Assembly (NCBI GenBank): GCA_022013685.1
Contig: JAKLPV010000218.1
Location: 5,213-69,212 of the forward strand
Source of the DNA: Anaerolineae bacterium
Lineage (GTDB): Bacteria; Chloroflexota; Anaerolineae; Anaerolineales; Villigracilaceae
Length of the DNA stretch: 64,000 nt
Direction of reading: 5' to 3'
Shown: one piece after another, positions 18,700-26,746 of the stretch
Numbering within the stretch: position 1 is the first letter of the stretch
Layout of the letters: each line of letters starts with the position of its first letter
The notes under the pieces: model-generated
What the model was told of the DNA's origin: nothing
Databases searched by the model: none
The model's input: only the letters and a program-made list of their open reading frames with translations
Translations under genes and position numbers: made by a program

Positions 18700-19107
18700 A
18701 TGGTTTGTTTCATGTTTTATACCATCCTCGAAACCCACTGGCCGAAACTGGCCCTGCTCTTAACCCTGACTCTGTTTGCTGGGCTGCTCTTTGCGCCCGC
18801 TCTCGCACAGGGATTTGCCACGCCTTTTATTGTCCTGACTCTGGGTATGGGTATCCTGCTGCTAGCCCTGCGCAACTGGCGATCTCACCGCGCCGGGAAG
18901 TTGTCCGGGCTCGAACTGGTGCGTAATGTCTTTGTTGAGACGGCTTGCCTATTGCTGGTTTTCGTTCTGGCGCGTTTTGTGGGCAGGCATGTGGCGGGCT
19001 TTGTTGGCGAAGGGTATGGTTGGCGGCTGGCGCTGCTGTCTGCGCTTTTGGTCGGCGTGGCGGCGGGATTAGCTGTCCAAAAGACCTTGGGCAAGTTGGT
19101 CAAGTAG
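18700..19107 (+). CDS. Small multi-pass membrane protein, function unknown
   Basis: Hydrophobic segments throughout; GC content returns to the host level; its C-terminal end has a diverged copy at 19722-19830. Confidence 0.55.
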   Translation: MVCFMFYTILETHWPKLALLLTLTLFAGLLFAPALAQGFATPFIVLTLGMGILLLALRNWRSHRAGKLSGLELVRNVFVETACLLLVFVLARFVGRHVAGFVGEGYGWRLALLSALLVGVAAGLAVQKTLGKLVK

Positions 19108-19137
19108 CAAAAACAGCGAAAATCAGCTTTATTGGGA

Positions 19138-19620
19138 AAATGGGAAAGCTTTCTCCACCAATATCACCTGGAACAGAAAATTTACAGACGGCACAATCGC
19201 TCCCATTGGCGCATACCAGGTCGTCATCAAGGCTTCTGACTACGCCGGGAATATGAGCAGCGAGACGGCCAGTATCTTCATCCTCGCGCCCAACGCACGA
19301 ACCCGGACACCGGTCACAACCGCCACTGCCACTGGCGTTCAGGTGGTTGCACTTATGCCCTCAGCAACAATTACAGCCACACGGACGCTGGTTGTTTCCA
19401 CCTTTGGCCCTGCGCCTCCAATTTTTTCCGCTGCGCAGGCGTCCGTCCCCGTCACCAGTGGCGGGCAAGGCCTGTGGGGCGGCAGTTAGCGGAGCAACAA
19501 CGCCAGCGCAAGAAAGATGAAGCCAAGCCGCGCAAAAGGCAACCAGTCTGAACGCCGCAGCCGCCCAAGCCAAAATCGAGAACTATCCGTAAGGCAAGGC
19601 CATGCTCGAAATCACCATCA
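19138..19620 (+). pseudogene. Decayed fragment paralogous to 15515-16055 of the large envelope protein gene
   Basis: Nucleotide alignment by eye shows long identical runs (e.g. ccaccaatatcacctggaacagaaaattt, ggcttctgactacgccgggaatatgagcagcgagacggccagtatcttcatcc). Several deletions are present, including most of the TM segment, plus in-frame stops. Confidence 0.85.
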
Positions 19621-19721
19621 GGAACTCTGGATTGAGCGAGGCAGAGAAGAAGGCCAGCGAAGAAAGTGCCAAGATTAATGGCATAGTTCTTCGACAAGTT
19701 CAGGAACCGCTGGGCTGATGG

Positions 19722-19830
19722 CTCTGTTATCCACGCTGGTTGTGGGGTTGGGGCGGGACTGGCTGTCCAGAAGACTTTGGAGAAATTGGTCAAAAAAGAT
19801 AAGTCCCCCTATACGTTGAGCTTCAAGTAA
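19722..19830 (+). pseudogene. Fragment paralogous to the 3' end of the small membrane protein gene (19017-19107)
   Basis: AGLAVQKTLEKLVKKDKSPYTLSFK* here versus AGLAVQKTLGKLVK* there. The upstream part (LMALLSTLVVG versus LALLSALLVG) is offset by a frameshift. Confidence 0.6.
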
Positions 19831-19907
19831 AACAAAAAACAGCATGAACATCCTGCCTTCAGCATTGATGGGTTGCTTGATTTGAATCCATCAATGCTAA
19901 AAAATAC

Positions 19908-19936
19908 TTGACATACTGTTTTATACACAGTATAAT
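19908..19936 (+). promoter_or_regulatory. Consensus sigma70-type promoter with an embedded palindrome (candidate PadR operator)
   Basis: TTGACA-17 nt-TATAAT. The spacer contains ACTGT-N7-ACAGT. It lies 18 nt upstream of the padR ATG. Confidence 0.65.
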
Positions 19937-19953
19937 GTTGAAAAGGTTATGAA

Positions 19954-20286
19954 ATGACAAACAATACTCTGCTTGAAAACAATATTCTTGAACTGCGACG
20001 CGGCGTGATCGTGCTGGCAGTACTCAGTCAACTGGGTGAGGAGCAGTATGGCTATTCCCTGCTGAAACTGCTCTCAGACCAGGGTTTGGAACTCGACCAG
20101 GGCACCCTCTACCCACTCTTACGCCGGTTAGAGTCGCAAGGGTTGCTTGAATCGGTCTGGAAACTCGAAGAAGCGCGCCCTCGCCGTTATTACGTGATCA
20201 GCGCTGCGGGCAAAGAAATTTTGCCGCAACTTAAAAACGAATGGGCTGGCATCATCGCCATGATGGACAGGATACTGGCCCGATAA
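19954..20286 (+). CDS. PadR family transcriptional regulator
   Basis: YGYSLLKLL....L....GTLYPLLRRLESQGLLES.W......RRYY pattern; 110 aa. Confidence 0.9.
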   Translation: MTNNTLLENNILELRRGVIVLAVLSQLGEEQYGYSLLKLLSDQGLELDQGTLYPLLRRLESQGLLESVWKLEEARPRRYYVISAAGKEILPQLKNEWAGIIAMMDRILAR

Positions 20287-20297
20287 AGGAGAAAACT

Positions 20298-21302
20298 ATG
20301 AATCTTATTGACCGTTACATCCAGCACGTCGGCAAACACCTGCCCGAAAAATCACGCGAAGACCTGAAGCGCGAAATCCGCTCGCTGGTCGAAGACAGCC
20401 TCGAAGATCGCAGCCGTGAACTCGGCCGCAAGGTGGACACCGCCATGACCGTGGATGTGCTCAAGGAATTTGGCCGCCCTGAAAAAATGGCCGCCTCCTA
20501 CACGCCGGAGCGCTACCTGATCAGCCCGCGCCTATATCCCATCTTCTGGTTGGTAGTCAGGATCGTAATGACCGTCCTGTTTGCCATTATGCTGGTCAAA
20601 CTCTTCATCGGCATCACGCAGGTCGACGCCAATTTTGTCCAACTGATCATTCAAACGGTGACAGGGTTTGCATCTGGAGCCATCTCTGCGCTAGGGAACA
20701 TCGTCATCGTATTTGCTGTCATCCAGTACTTCGCCCCCGATCTGAGCAAAGAACTTGACAAGGACGATGACTGGGATCCGCTCAAGATGGAAAAAATTGA
20801 AGATGAAGACCAGGTCAGCCGGGTCGAGCAGGCTTTTGGAATCACCTTCAGCGTCATCGGGTTGGCCGTGTTCAATTTCTTTCCAGAATTGCTCGGATTC
20901 GGCGCTACCAGCAATGGCGAATGGATTTTCCTGCCTGCGCTTTCAGAAGCCTTCTTCACCTACCTGCCATGGATCAATCTGCTCTGGGGCGCAGAAATCA
21001 TTCTGAGCCTGTTCCTGCTCATTCAGGGACAATGGCAGACCGCCACCCGCTGGGTCTCGATCGCCATCAAAATCATGACGGTTGGATTAGCCGGCTTCAT
21101 GCTGGCCGGGCCGTCGCTGGTGGGTCTGAATCTGCAAGACATGGTTGCCTCCGGGATTGGCTTCACGCTCGAAACAGCTACCAGACTGGTTTCACTGTTC
21201 AAACAGGTTGTTACTGTTACACTGGCGCTGATCATCGTGTTGGACGGTTTCTCAATCGTCAAGCGCATCTACAAATTCGCCGTCAAACGCAGTGGCAGCT
21301 AA
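20298..21302 (+). CDS. PadR-associated membrane protein with an N-terminal HAAS/DUF1700-like domain
   Basis: N-terminus MNLIDRYIQHVGKHLPEKSREDLKREIRSLVEDSLEDR is followed by multiple TM helices. AAAGGAG ribosome-binding site before ATG 20298. Confidence 0.75.
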   Translation: MNLIDRYIQHVGKHLPEKSREDLKREIRSLVEDSLEDRSRELGRKVDTAMTVDVLKEFGRPEKMAASYTPERYLISPRLYPIFWLVVRIVMTVLFAIMLVKLFIGITQVDANFVQLIIQTVTGFASGAISALGNIVIVFAVIQYFAPDLSKELDKDDDWDPLKMEKIEDEDQVSRVEQAFGITFSVIGLAVFNFFPELLGFGATSNGEWIFLPALSEAFFTYLPWINLLWGAEIILSLFLLIQGQWQTATRWVSIAIKIMTVGLAGFMLAGPSLVGLNLQDMVASGIGFTLETATRLVSLFKQVVTVTLALIIVLDGFSIVKRIYKFAVKRSGS

Positions 21303-21325
21303 CCTGCCTAATCGCACAGTCCCCG

Positions 21326-21360
21326 GCCACTTGCCCAATTGGGCAGGTGGCTTTTTATTT
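21326..21360 (+). terminator. Intrinsic terminator
   Basis: Stem GCCACTTGCCCA/TGGGCAGGTGGC followed by TTTTTATTTT. Confidence 0.75.
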
Positions 21361-21438
21361 TCCCCTTGCGGATGTGGTCAAAACTGGGTAAAATAGAATC
21401 AATGGTTGAGCAACTATGCAACAATAGAGGGAACACGC

Positions 21439-21738
21439 ATGACCCATCACATCATCGACGAACCAACTGCCGCGCAGGTAGCCAGCTTGTTCGAAGCCCT
21501 CAGCGACCCCACCCGTGTGCGGATTCTTTCCGCCCTGATGGATGGCGAGACCAACGTCGGCGACTTGGTGCAGCGCATCGGCCTGACCAAATCGGCCATC
21601 TCGCACCAACTGCGCGGGCTAAAAGACAAACGCCTGATTCGCTCGCGCAAAGCCGGACGGCATGTTTACGTTGCGATTGACGACGATCACGTCACCGAAC
21701 TCTTTCAGCGCGGCCTCGACCACGCCTTACACGGATAA
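21439..21738 (+). CDS. ArsR/SmtB family metalloregulator
   Basis: LFEALSDPTRVRILSAL.....VGDL......KSAISHQLRGL motif. Start at ATG 21439 with a GAGGGA ribosome-binding site. Confidence 0.9.
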   Translation: MTHHIIDEPTAAQVASLFEALSDPTRVRILSALMDGETNVGDLVQRIGLTKSAISHQLRGLKDKRLIRSRKAGRHVYVAIDDDHVTELFQRGLDHALHG

Positions 21739-21745
21739 TCCACCC

Positions 21746-22666
21746 ATGACCCACACCCACCATCATCATGCCCCGGCAGGCAAAAATGCCGGTTTGCGTC
21801 TGGGGCTTTCGCTTAGCCTGACGTTCCTCTTCGTTTTTGTAGAAATCGTCGCCGGGCTGTGGGGCAACAGCCTGGCCCTGCTGACCGACGCCGCGCACAA
21901 CTTTACCGACGTTGTTGCGCTCGGCCTGAGCTGGTATGCCATCGTGCTGGCAAATCGGCCGGCCCATGCCAACAAAACCTTTGGCTACCACCGCAGCGGG
22001 ATATTGGTTGCGCTGTTCAATGCCGCCAGCCTGGGGCTGATCTCGCTCGGGATCTTCTCGGAGGTCTGGAAACGCTTCCAATCGACCTCCGAGGTTGACT
22101 CTGGCATCCTGATTGGGGTCGGGCTGGTGGCCTTCATCGTCAACCTCGTCACCGCCTGGATGGTCAAGGAAGGCAGCGAGAACGACCTGAACATGCGCTC
22201 GGCCTTCCTGCACCTGATGGGTGACGTGCTCTCGACCCTGGGCGCAGTTGCCGCCGGGGTGGTCATCTTCTTCACCGGCTGGAACTGGCTCGACCCGCTG
22301 GTCAGCGTCTTGATCGGCGGCCTGATCCTGTGGAACGCCTGGGGAATCCTGCGCCAGGCGATCAACATTCTGCTCGAAAGCACCCCCGGCGACATCAATA
22401 TGGAAACCATGCTTGGCGACCTGCAAGCGGTTCCCGGCGTCGAGAGCGTTCACGACCTGCACGTCTGGAGCATCACCGAGAACATGCGCATGCTTTCCGC
22501 CCACATCGTCACCGCCGACCAACCCATCAGCGCCGGAGCGGGCATCCAGAGCGACATCCGCCAGATGCTGGCCGAGCATTACCAGATCGGGCACGCCACT
22601 CTGCAACTGGAATGCGCCTGCTGCAACACCAACGGCGTCTTCTGTGAGTTGGGCCATACCGAATAA
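21746..22666 (+). CDS. czcD: cation diffusion facilitator family transporter (CzcD-like)
   Basis: His-rich N-terminus MTHTHHHH. Motifs LLTDAAHNFTDV and HLMGDVL; C-terminal domain DLHVWSI. Confidence 0.92.
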   Translation: MTHTHHHHAPAGKNAGLRLGLSLSLTFLFVFVEIVAGLWGNSLALLTDAAHNFTDVVALGLSWYAIVLANRPAHANKTFGYHRSGILVALFNAASLGLISLGIFSEVWKRFQSTSEVDSGILIGVGLVAFIVNLVTAWMVKEGSENDLNMRSAFLHLMGDVLSTLGAVAAGVVIFFTGWNWLDPLVSVLIGGLILWNAWGILRQAINILLESTPGDINMETMLGDLQAVPGVESVHDLHVWSITENMRMLSAHIVTADQPISAGAGIQSDIRQMLAEHYQIGHATLQLECACCNTNGVFCELGHTE

Positions 22667-22692
22667 GCCATAAGGCAAAATAATATCTTGTA

Positions 22693-22730
22693 TTTTCCGT
22701 TGTTTCGGTTATAATCGAAATAACGGAAAA
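22693..22730. promoter_or_regulatory. 15-bp-arm inverted repeat spanning a TATAAT box; candidate autoregulatory operator of the GbsR-like regulator
   Basis: TTTTCCGTTGTTTCG-GTTATAAT-CGAAATAACGGAAAA, 14 of 15 arm positions pair; ends 6 nt before ATG 22736. Confidence 0.6.
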
Positions 22731-22735
22731 TATAT

Positions 22736-23272
22736 ATGACTCAACTAACACCAACCGCACAGAAATTCATCATCCATTGGGGCGAAATGGGCGAACGCTG
22801 GGGCATCAACCGGACAATTGCCCAGATCCATGCCCTGCTGTACATCTCTGCCGAGCCGCTGAACGCCGAAGCGATCAGCGAAACCCTTTCGGTGGCGCGC
22901 TCGACGGTCAGCGCCGGATTAAAGGAACTGCAAAACTGGGGGATCGTCAAAGCCGTGCATATTCTTGGTGAGCGTACGGAGCATTTTGAAGCCCTGGGTG
23001 ATGTCTGGGAAATGGCGCGCGTCATTATCGACATGCGCAAACGCCGCGAGTTGGACCCAACCCTGAATATGCTGCGTGAGACAGTTGCCGAACTTGAGCG
23101 GACCGATGAATCAGCCGTGACCAAAAAGAAAATGACCGAAATGTTGGCTGTGCTCGAAACGGCTACCACCATTTACGAGCAAGGCCAAAAAATCCCGACC
23201 AAGACGATTATCAGTATCGCCAAAAAGAGCGAAATTGTGCGCAAAATGTTGAATTCGATCCCCGATTCGTAG
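22736..23272 (+). CDS. GbsR/MarR-like winged-helix transcriptional regulator
   Basis: FIIHWGEMGERWGINRTIAQIHALLYIS.EPL.AE.I...L.VARS.VS..LKEL..WG pattern, as in the GbsR/OpcR family (COG1510). Confidence 0.8.
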   Translation: MTQLTPTAQKFIIHWGEMGERWGINRTIAQIHALLYISAEPLNAEAISETLSVARSTVSAGLKELQNWGIVKAVHILGERTEHFEALGDVWEMARVIIDMRKRRELDPTLNMLRETVAELERTDESAVTKKKMTEMLAVLETATTIYEQGQKIPTKTIISIAKKSEIVRKMLNSIPDS

Positions 23273-23294
23273 GGGCGTATATTTTTTTGCCTTT

Positions 23295-23318
23295 TTATTT
23301 CGATTAATACCGAAATAA
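23295..23318. promoter_or_regulatory. Second operator-like palindrome TTATTTCG-N8-CGAAATAA
   Basis: Same core as 22701-22724 (TTGTTTCG-N8-CGAAATAA); lies upstream of the membrane protein gene at 23397. Confidence 0.55.
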
Positions 23319-23396
23319 CCGATACAACGAAAACTAGAGCAGAAAAGGCGATTTCACCCAATTAAGCTTGACCTTTTATGAAAGGAGTAATGAAAA

Positions 23397-23783
23397 ATGA
23401 GCAAACGACTACTTTGGGCTGGCGGGGGTTTCAACGTTCTGTTAATGATTTTTCACATTTGGCTGGGCTGTCAGATACAGTTGATTCCCGATCTGTCACC
23501 AGATTACAAGGCCTTGATGCAAATGTTGAATGTTGGGGTCATCCTGATCCTGGTTTTTGCAACCTATGCTTCGCTATTTTGTATTCGTGACTTGCTGACT
23601 ACTGGCCTGGGTAAGCTAACGATGCTGGTGATTGCGCTCTTTTATGCCACGCGGGCCGGGGAGGAGATCATCCTGGCTCCCGAGTTTTCGGCGGTTATTT
23701 TTGGTATCTGCCTGGCTGTGGCTGTAATTTATCTTCTGACGCTGGCAGGAACGCTGCGTGCGCCGGGCTTGGAGGGTCGATGA
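23397..23783 (+). CDS. Small 4-TM membrane protein, function unknown
   Basis: Hydrophobic profile; AAAGGAG ribosome-binding site 9 nt upstream; its stop overlaps the next gene's start. Confidence 0.6.
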   Translation: MSKRLLWAGGGFNVLLMIFHIWLGCQIQLIPDLSPDYKALMQMLNVGVILILVFATYASLFCIRDLLTTGLGKLTMLVIALFYATRAGEEIILAPEFSAVIFGICLAVAVIYLLTLAGTLRAPGLEGR

Positions 23784-24769
23784 ACTCTGAGATAGATTCA
23801 ACCCGGGAACGCCTGCAGCAGATTGACGCGCTGATCTACCCGTACATCGAGAGCAATAACTCAACCCTGGCGAAGGCTCTCTATCAACTGGTTGTTTCAG
23901 GCGGCAAACGTATCCGCCCCAGGCTGGCCCTGTTGACGGGAAACATGCTCGGAGCCGAGCCGCAGCCGCTCCTGCGGCTGGCAGCCGCAATCGAGATGCT
24001 GCATATCGCCACCCTGGTCCACGATGACCTGATCGACCGGGCTGCCTTACGACGCGGGATAGCCACCTTGAACAGTCACTGGTCATCGGCAGCCACCACG
24101 CTAACCGGCGATTTTGCCTTTGCGGTGGCCGCCCAGTTGGCCGTCCAGGCCGATTCCTTCCCGGTCATGCGCCTGTTCACAGAGACTTTGGGAAGCATGG
24201 TTGGCGGGGAGATACTCCAGCTTTCCAGCGCAAAAGGCATTTCCATGCGTGAAGATTACTACCGCTGGATCCAGGCCAAGACCGCCTCCCTGTTCGAGCT
24301 GGCAGCCGGCGCGGCGGCGCGTTTGAGCCAGGCAGATGATGATGTCGTTGCCGTAGCGCGCAAGTTTGGTCACGAAATCGGGATGGCTTTTCAAATTATC
24401 GACGATGTCCTCGATTTCACCGGCCAGGAGGCCAGCCTGGGGAAACCGGTTGGCAACGACCTGCGGCAGGGAACGGTCACCCTGCCTGCCCTGTACTACC
24501 TGGAGGCCCATCCCGATGACCCGACCTTGGTCTCTGTCATTCAACGCAACGGGCATACCCCGGACAGCCTGGAACGGCTGATCGCAACAATCAGGGATAG
24601 CAGGGCCATCGAGCGGGCCATCAGCGAAGCGGAAGGTTTTGTGCAGAACAGCCTGACCAGCCTGGAGGCTTTCCCGGAAACTCCCGAGCGCCAAGCCCTG
24701 GCAGCAGTTGCCCGCCAGATCATCCCAACCAGCATTTACGCCCAACGAAAGGCCACCGCCAATGTTTAG
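23780..24769 (+). CDS. polyprenyl diphosphate synthase (trans-isoprenyl)
   Basis: First and second Asp-rich motifs LVHDDLIDRAALRRG and IIDDVLD; 329 aa. Confidence 0.9.
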   Translation: MNSEIDSTRERLQQIDALIYPYIESNNSTLAKALYQLVVSGGKRIRPRLALLTGNMLGAEPQPLLRLAAAIEMLHIATLVHDDLIDRAALRRGIATLNSHWSSAATTLTGDFAFAVAAQLAVQADSFPVMRLFTETLGSMVGGEILQLSSAKGISMREDYYRWIQAKTASLFELAAGAAARLSQADDDVVAVARKFGHEIGMAFQIIDDVLDFTGQEASLGKPVGNDLRQGTVTLPALYYLEAHPDDPTLVSVIQRNGHTPDSLERLIATIRDSRAIERAISEAEGFVQNSLTSLEAFPETPERQALAAVARQIIPTSIYAQRKATANV

Positions 24770-25166
24770 AATCATCGAAAAACAAAACACCTATCAAATG
24801 ATGAGCTACCTGACGGCCGCGCTATATTTCTACCTGTTCGTGATGCTGTTATTCTTCCCCGGTTCTTTTCTAAATGAACTTGGGATTGAATCAACCGCAT
24901 CGGCAGATTTCCTGGCCAGACGAGCCGCCATGCTGATGCTGGGATTCGCTGTCCTGGTGTTCCTTGGAAGGAAAGTGTCCGATTCGATGGCCCGGCAGGT
25001 TATGGCAATTGCCATCAGCATCAACATGGCCGGGTTTGCCGTGATGGGCCTGGTCGAGTTTGGGCGCGGATTTGCAAATACGGGGATTCTAACGGCTGTA
25101 ATTATCGAATCGATCCTGGCGGTTTCCTATTTCCTGTTCTGGCTTGCCGCCCGGCAGGCAAAGTGA
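24762..25166 (+). CDS. membrane protein, function unknown
   Basis: Four hydrophobic helices; ATG 24762 overlaps the upstream stop codon. Confidence 0.6.
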   Translation: MFRIIEKQNTYQMMSYLTAALYFYLFVMLLFFPGSFLNELGIESTASADFLARRAAMLMLGFAVLVFLGRKVSDSMARQVMAIAISINMAGFAVMGLVEFGRGFANTGILTAVIIESILAVSYFLFWLAARQAK

Positions 25167-25189
25167 AAAATTATGATCGGGAGGTTGTT

Positions 25190-25561
25190 ATGAAACATTT
25201 TTACAAAATTTCTGCTTACCTGTTATTGATCGGGGTTGTCCATACTGCCCTGACGCCGCTGTTCTATGAGCAGTTATCCGAGGATGCGCTCTGGTTTGCC
25301 GGGACCGGACTGGCGTTGATTTACCTGAGCCTGCTCAATATCGCTGCCGAAAAAAGCCGCGCAAAGTGGATGCTCAAAATCTGTCTGGCAGCCAACCTGG
25401 CAGGGTTGATTTACGGCGTCTTAATCGTCCTGGCGCTCCCGGGAATCCTGGCTTTTGTTTCCTTGCTGATTTTCCTGGCGGTGACGATTGGCTCCGCTTA
25501 CGCGCTTCTTGAATCCTTGAAACTGAAAAATCTGGAGGAAAGCAACAATGCTGCTGGATAA
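25190..25561 (+). CDS. membrane protein, function unknown
   Basis: Hydrophobic profile; GGGAGG ribosome-binding site before ATG 25190. Confidence 0.55.
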   Translation: MKHFYKISAYLLLIGVVHTALTPLFYEQLSEDALWFAGTGLALIYLSLLNIAAEKSRAKWMLKICLAANLAGLIYGVLIVLALPGILAFVSLLIFLAVTIGSAYALLESLKLKNLEESNNAAG

Positions 25562-26117
25562 GTATCTTCCCGTTTACGATTTCAATGAAGTCCATGGAAT
25601 CACCATCCGAACATCGCCTGAAAAAGCCTTTGCGGCGATTAAAGAGTTGGAATCAGCCGAATTATCCCCTTTGGCTTACTGGCTGATGTCAATCCGGGAG
25701 TTACCGGCCAGGTTGACAGGAAAACCGTCCCCGCAAATACAAGGCGGCCGGCCTTTCCTGGAAGAGCTTTTTGAAGATGGTTTTCTTGACCTGGATGAAG
25801 TTCCCAATCAGGAAATCGTCTTTGGGCTGGTCGGCCAGTTTTGGGAGCTGACCGGCGGCCAAAACCCACAAATTGCTTCCCCACAGGAATTCCTGACCTT
25901 TGACCAGCCCGATTATGCCAAAGTAGCGGCCAACCTGGCTGTGACCGATCTCGGCAATGGAACCGTGCGCTGCACCACCGAAACGCGCATTCGGGCCACC
26001 CACCCGGCAACGCTAAAAAAGTTTGCCCTTTACTGGCGGATAATCTCACTGGGCAGCGGGTTCATTCGCATCTTATGGCTCAAGGCCATTCAACGCAAGG
26101 CCGAACGCGGCCAATAG
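25548..26117 (+). CDS. hypothetical protein
   Basis: A 189-aa ORF in operon context with coding-like composition. No motif was recognised with confidence. Confidence 0.5.
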   Translation: MLLDKYLPVYDFNEVHGITIRTSPEKAFAAIKELESAELSPLAYWLMSIRELPARLTGKPSPQIQGGRPFLEELFEDGFLDLDEVPNQEIVFGLVGQFWELTGGQNPQIASPQEFLTFDQPDYAKVAANLAVTDLGNGTVRCTTETRIRATHPATLKKFALYWRIISLGSGFIRILWLKAIQRKAERGQ

Positions 26118-26250
26118 CCTTTTTTGACTCGAGCGATTTCTGAGCCAGGGCTTTCGCGAAACAACCTGACAATACAACAATGTCATTGCGCCAAACCCTT
26201 GCAATTATCCATACTATCCGCTACAATTGAAAAAGGTTTTCAATACCAAA

Positions 26251-26694
26251 ATGACTGAGACAACAACTTCCAACACGTATGACCAGTGGCTTGAGAGCCT
26301 GAGCGAGAGCGGTTACCGCGTCACCGCCCCACGCCGGGCCATTGTCGAGATCATGGCGAACAGTCCCTGCGCGTTGGGGCCGCTCGAAATCTACGACCAG
26401 GGCCGCCAGGAATATCGCGGGTTGGGGTTGGTGACCGTTTACCGCACACTTGAAAAACTGGAAGAACTTGGCCTGGTGCAGCGCGTCCACCATCCGCAAG
26501 GCTGTCACATGTACCTGCGCGCGGCGCACGGGCACGAACACCTTGTGCTGTGCACCGCCTGCGGCAAGGCAGAATACTTCAGCGGCGACGACATCAGCAA
26601 ACTAATTAACGCTGTCGCCGAAAAAACCGGCTTCGAGATCCGCGAACACTGGCTGCAACTGTTCGGCCTGTGTTCGGCCTGCAAAAACAACTAA
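26251..26694 (+). CDS. zur: Fur family transcriptional regulator (Zur-like)
   Basis: R.T..R..I........P....EIY.......GL.TVYRTL..L...GLV and CxxC (LCTACGK, CSAC) motifs; adjacent to a ZnuA-like gene. Confidence 0.85.
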   Translation: MTETTTSNTYDQWLESLSESGYRVTAPRRAIVEIMANSPCALGPLEIYDQGRQEYRGLGLVTVYRTLEKLEELGLVQRVHHPQGCHMYLRAAHGHEHLVLCTACGKAEYFSGDDISKLINAVAEKTGFEIREHWLQLFGLCSACKNN

Positions 26695-26746
26695 ATCAAA
26701 CCGCCCCCGAGGTCTGAAGATTTCGGGGGCAAAAAAGGAGAAGTAA

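Noticed and set aside
15515-19620. The two homologous segments (15515-16055 and 19138-19620) could be a variable-repeat/template-repeat pair of a diversity-generating retroelement.
   Set aside because: No reverse transcriptase gene is present in the window. The differences include many indels and substitutions at all four bases rather than adenine-specific changes, and the segment is far longer than typical template repeats.
21692-22678. Long antisense or alternative-frame ORFs. Examples: 21692..22678 (-), 38085..38984 (-), 13024..14013 (+), 3615..4409 (+), 34682..35566 (-), 41454..42254 (+), 30691..31713 (+), 59241..60098 (+).
   Set aside because: They overlap genes with strong family motifs on the other strand or frame. 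They are rich in Arg/Gly/Ala/Pro as expected for shadow ORFs in GC-rich DNA, and they lack ribosome-binding sites.
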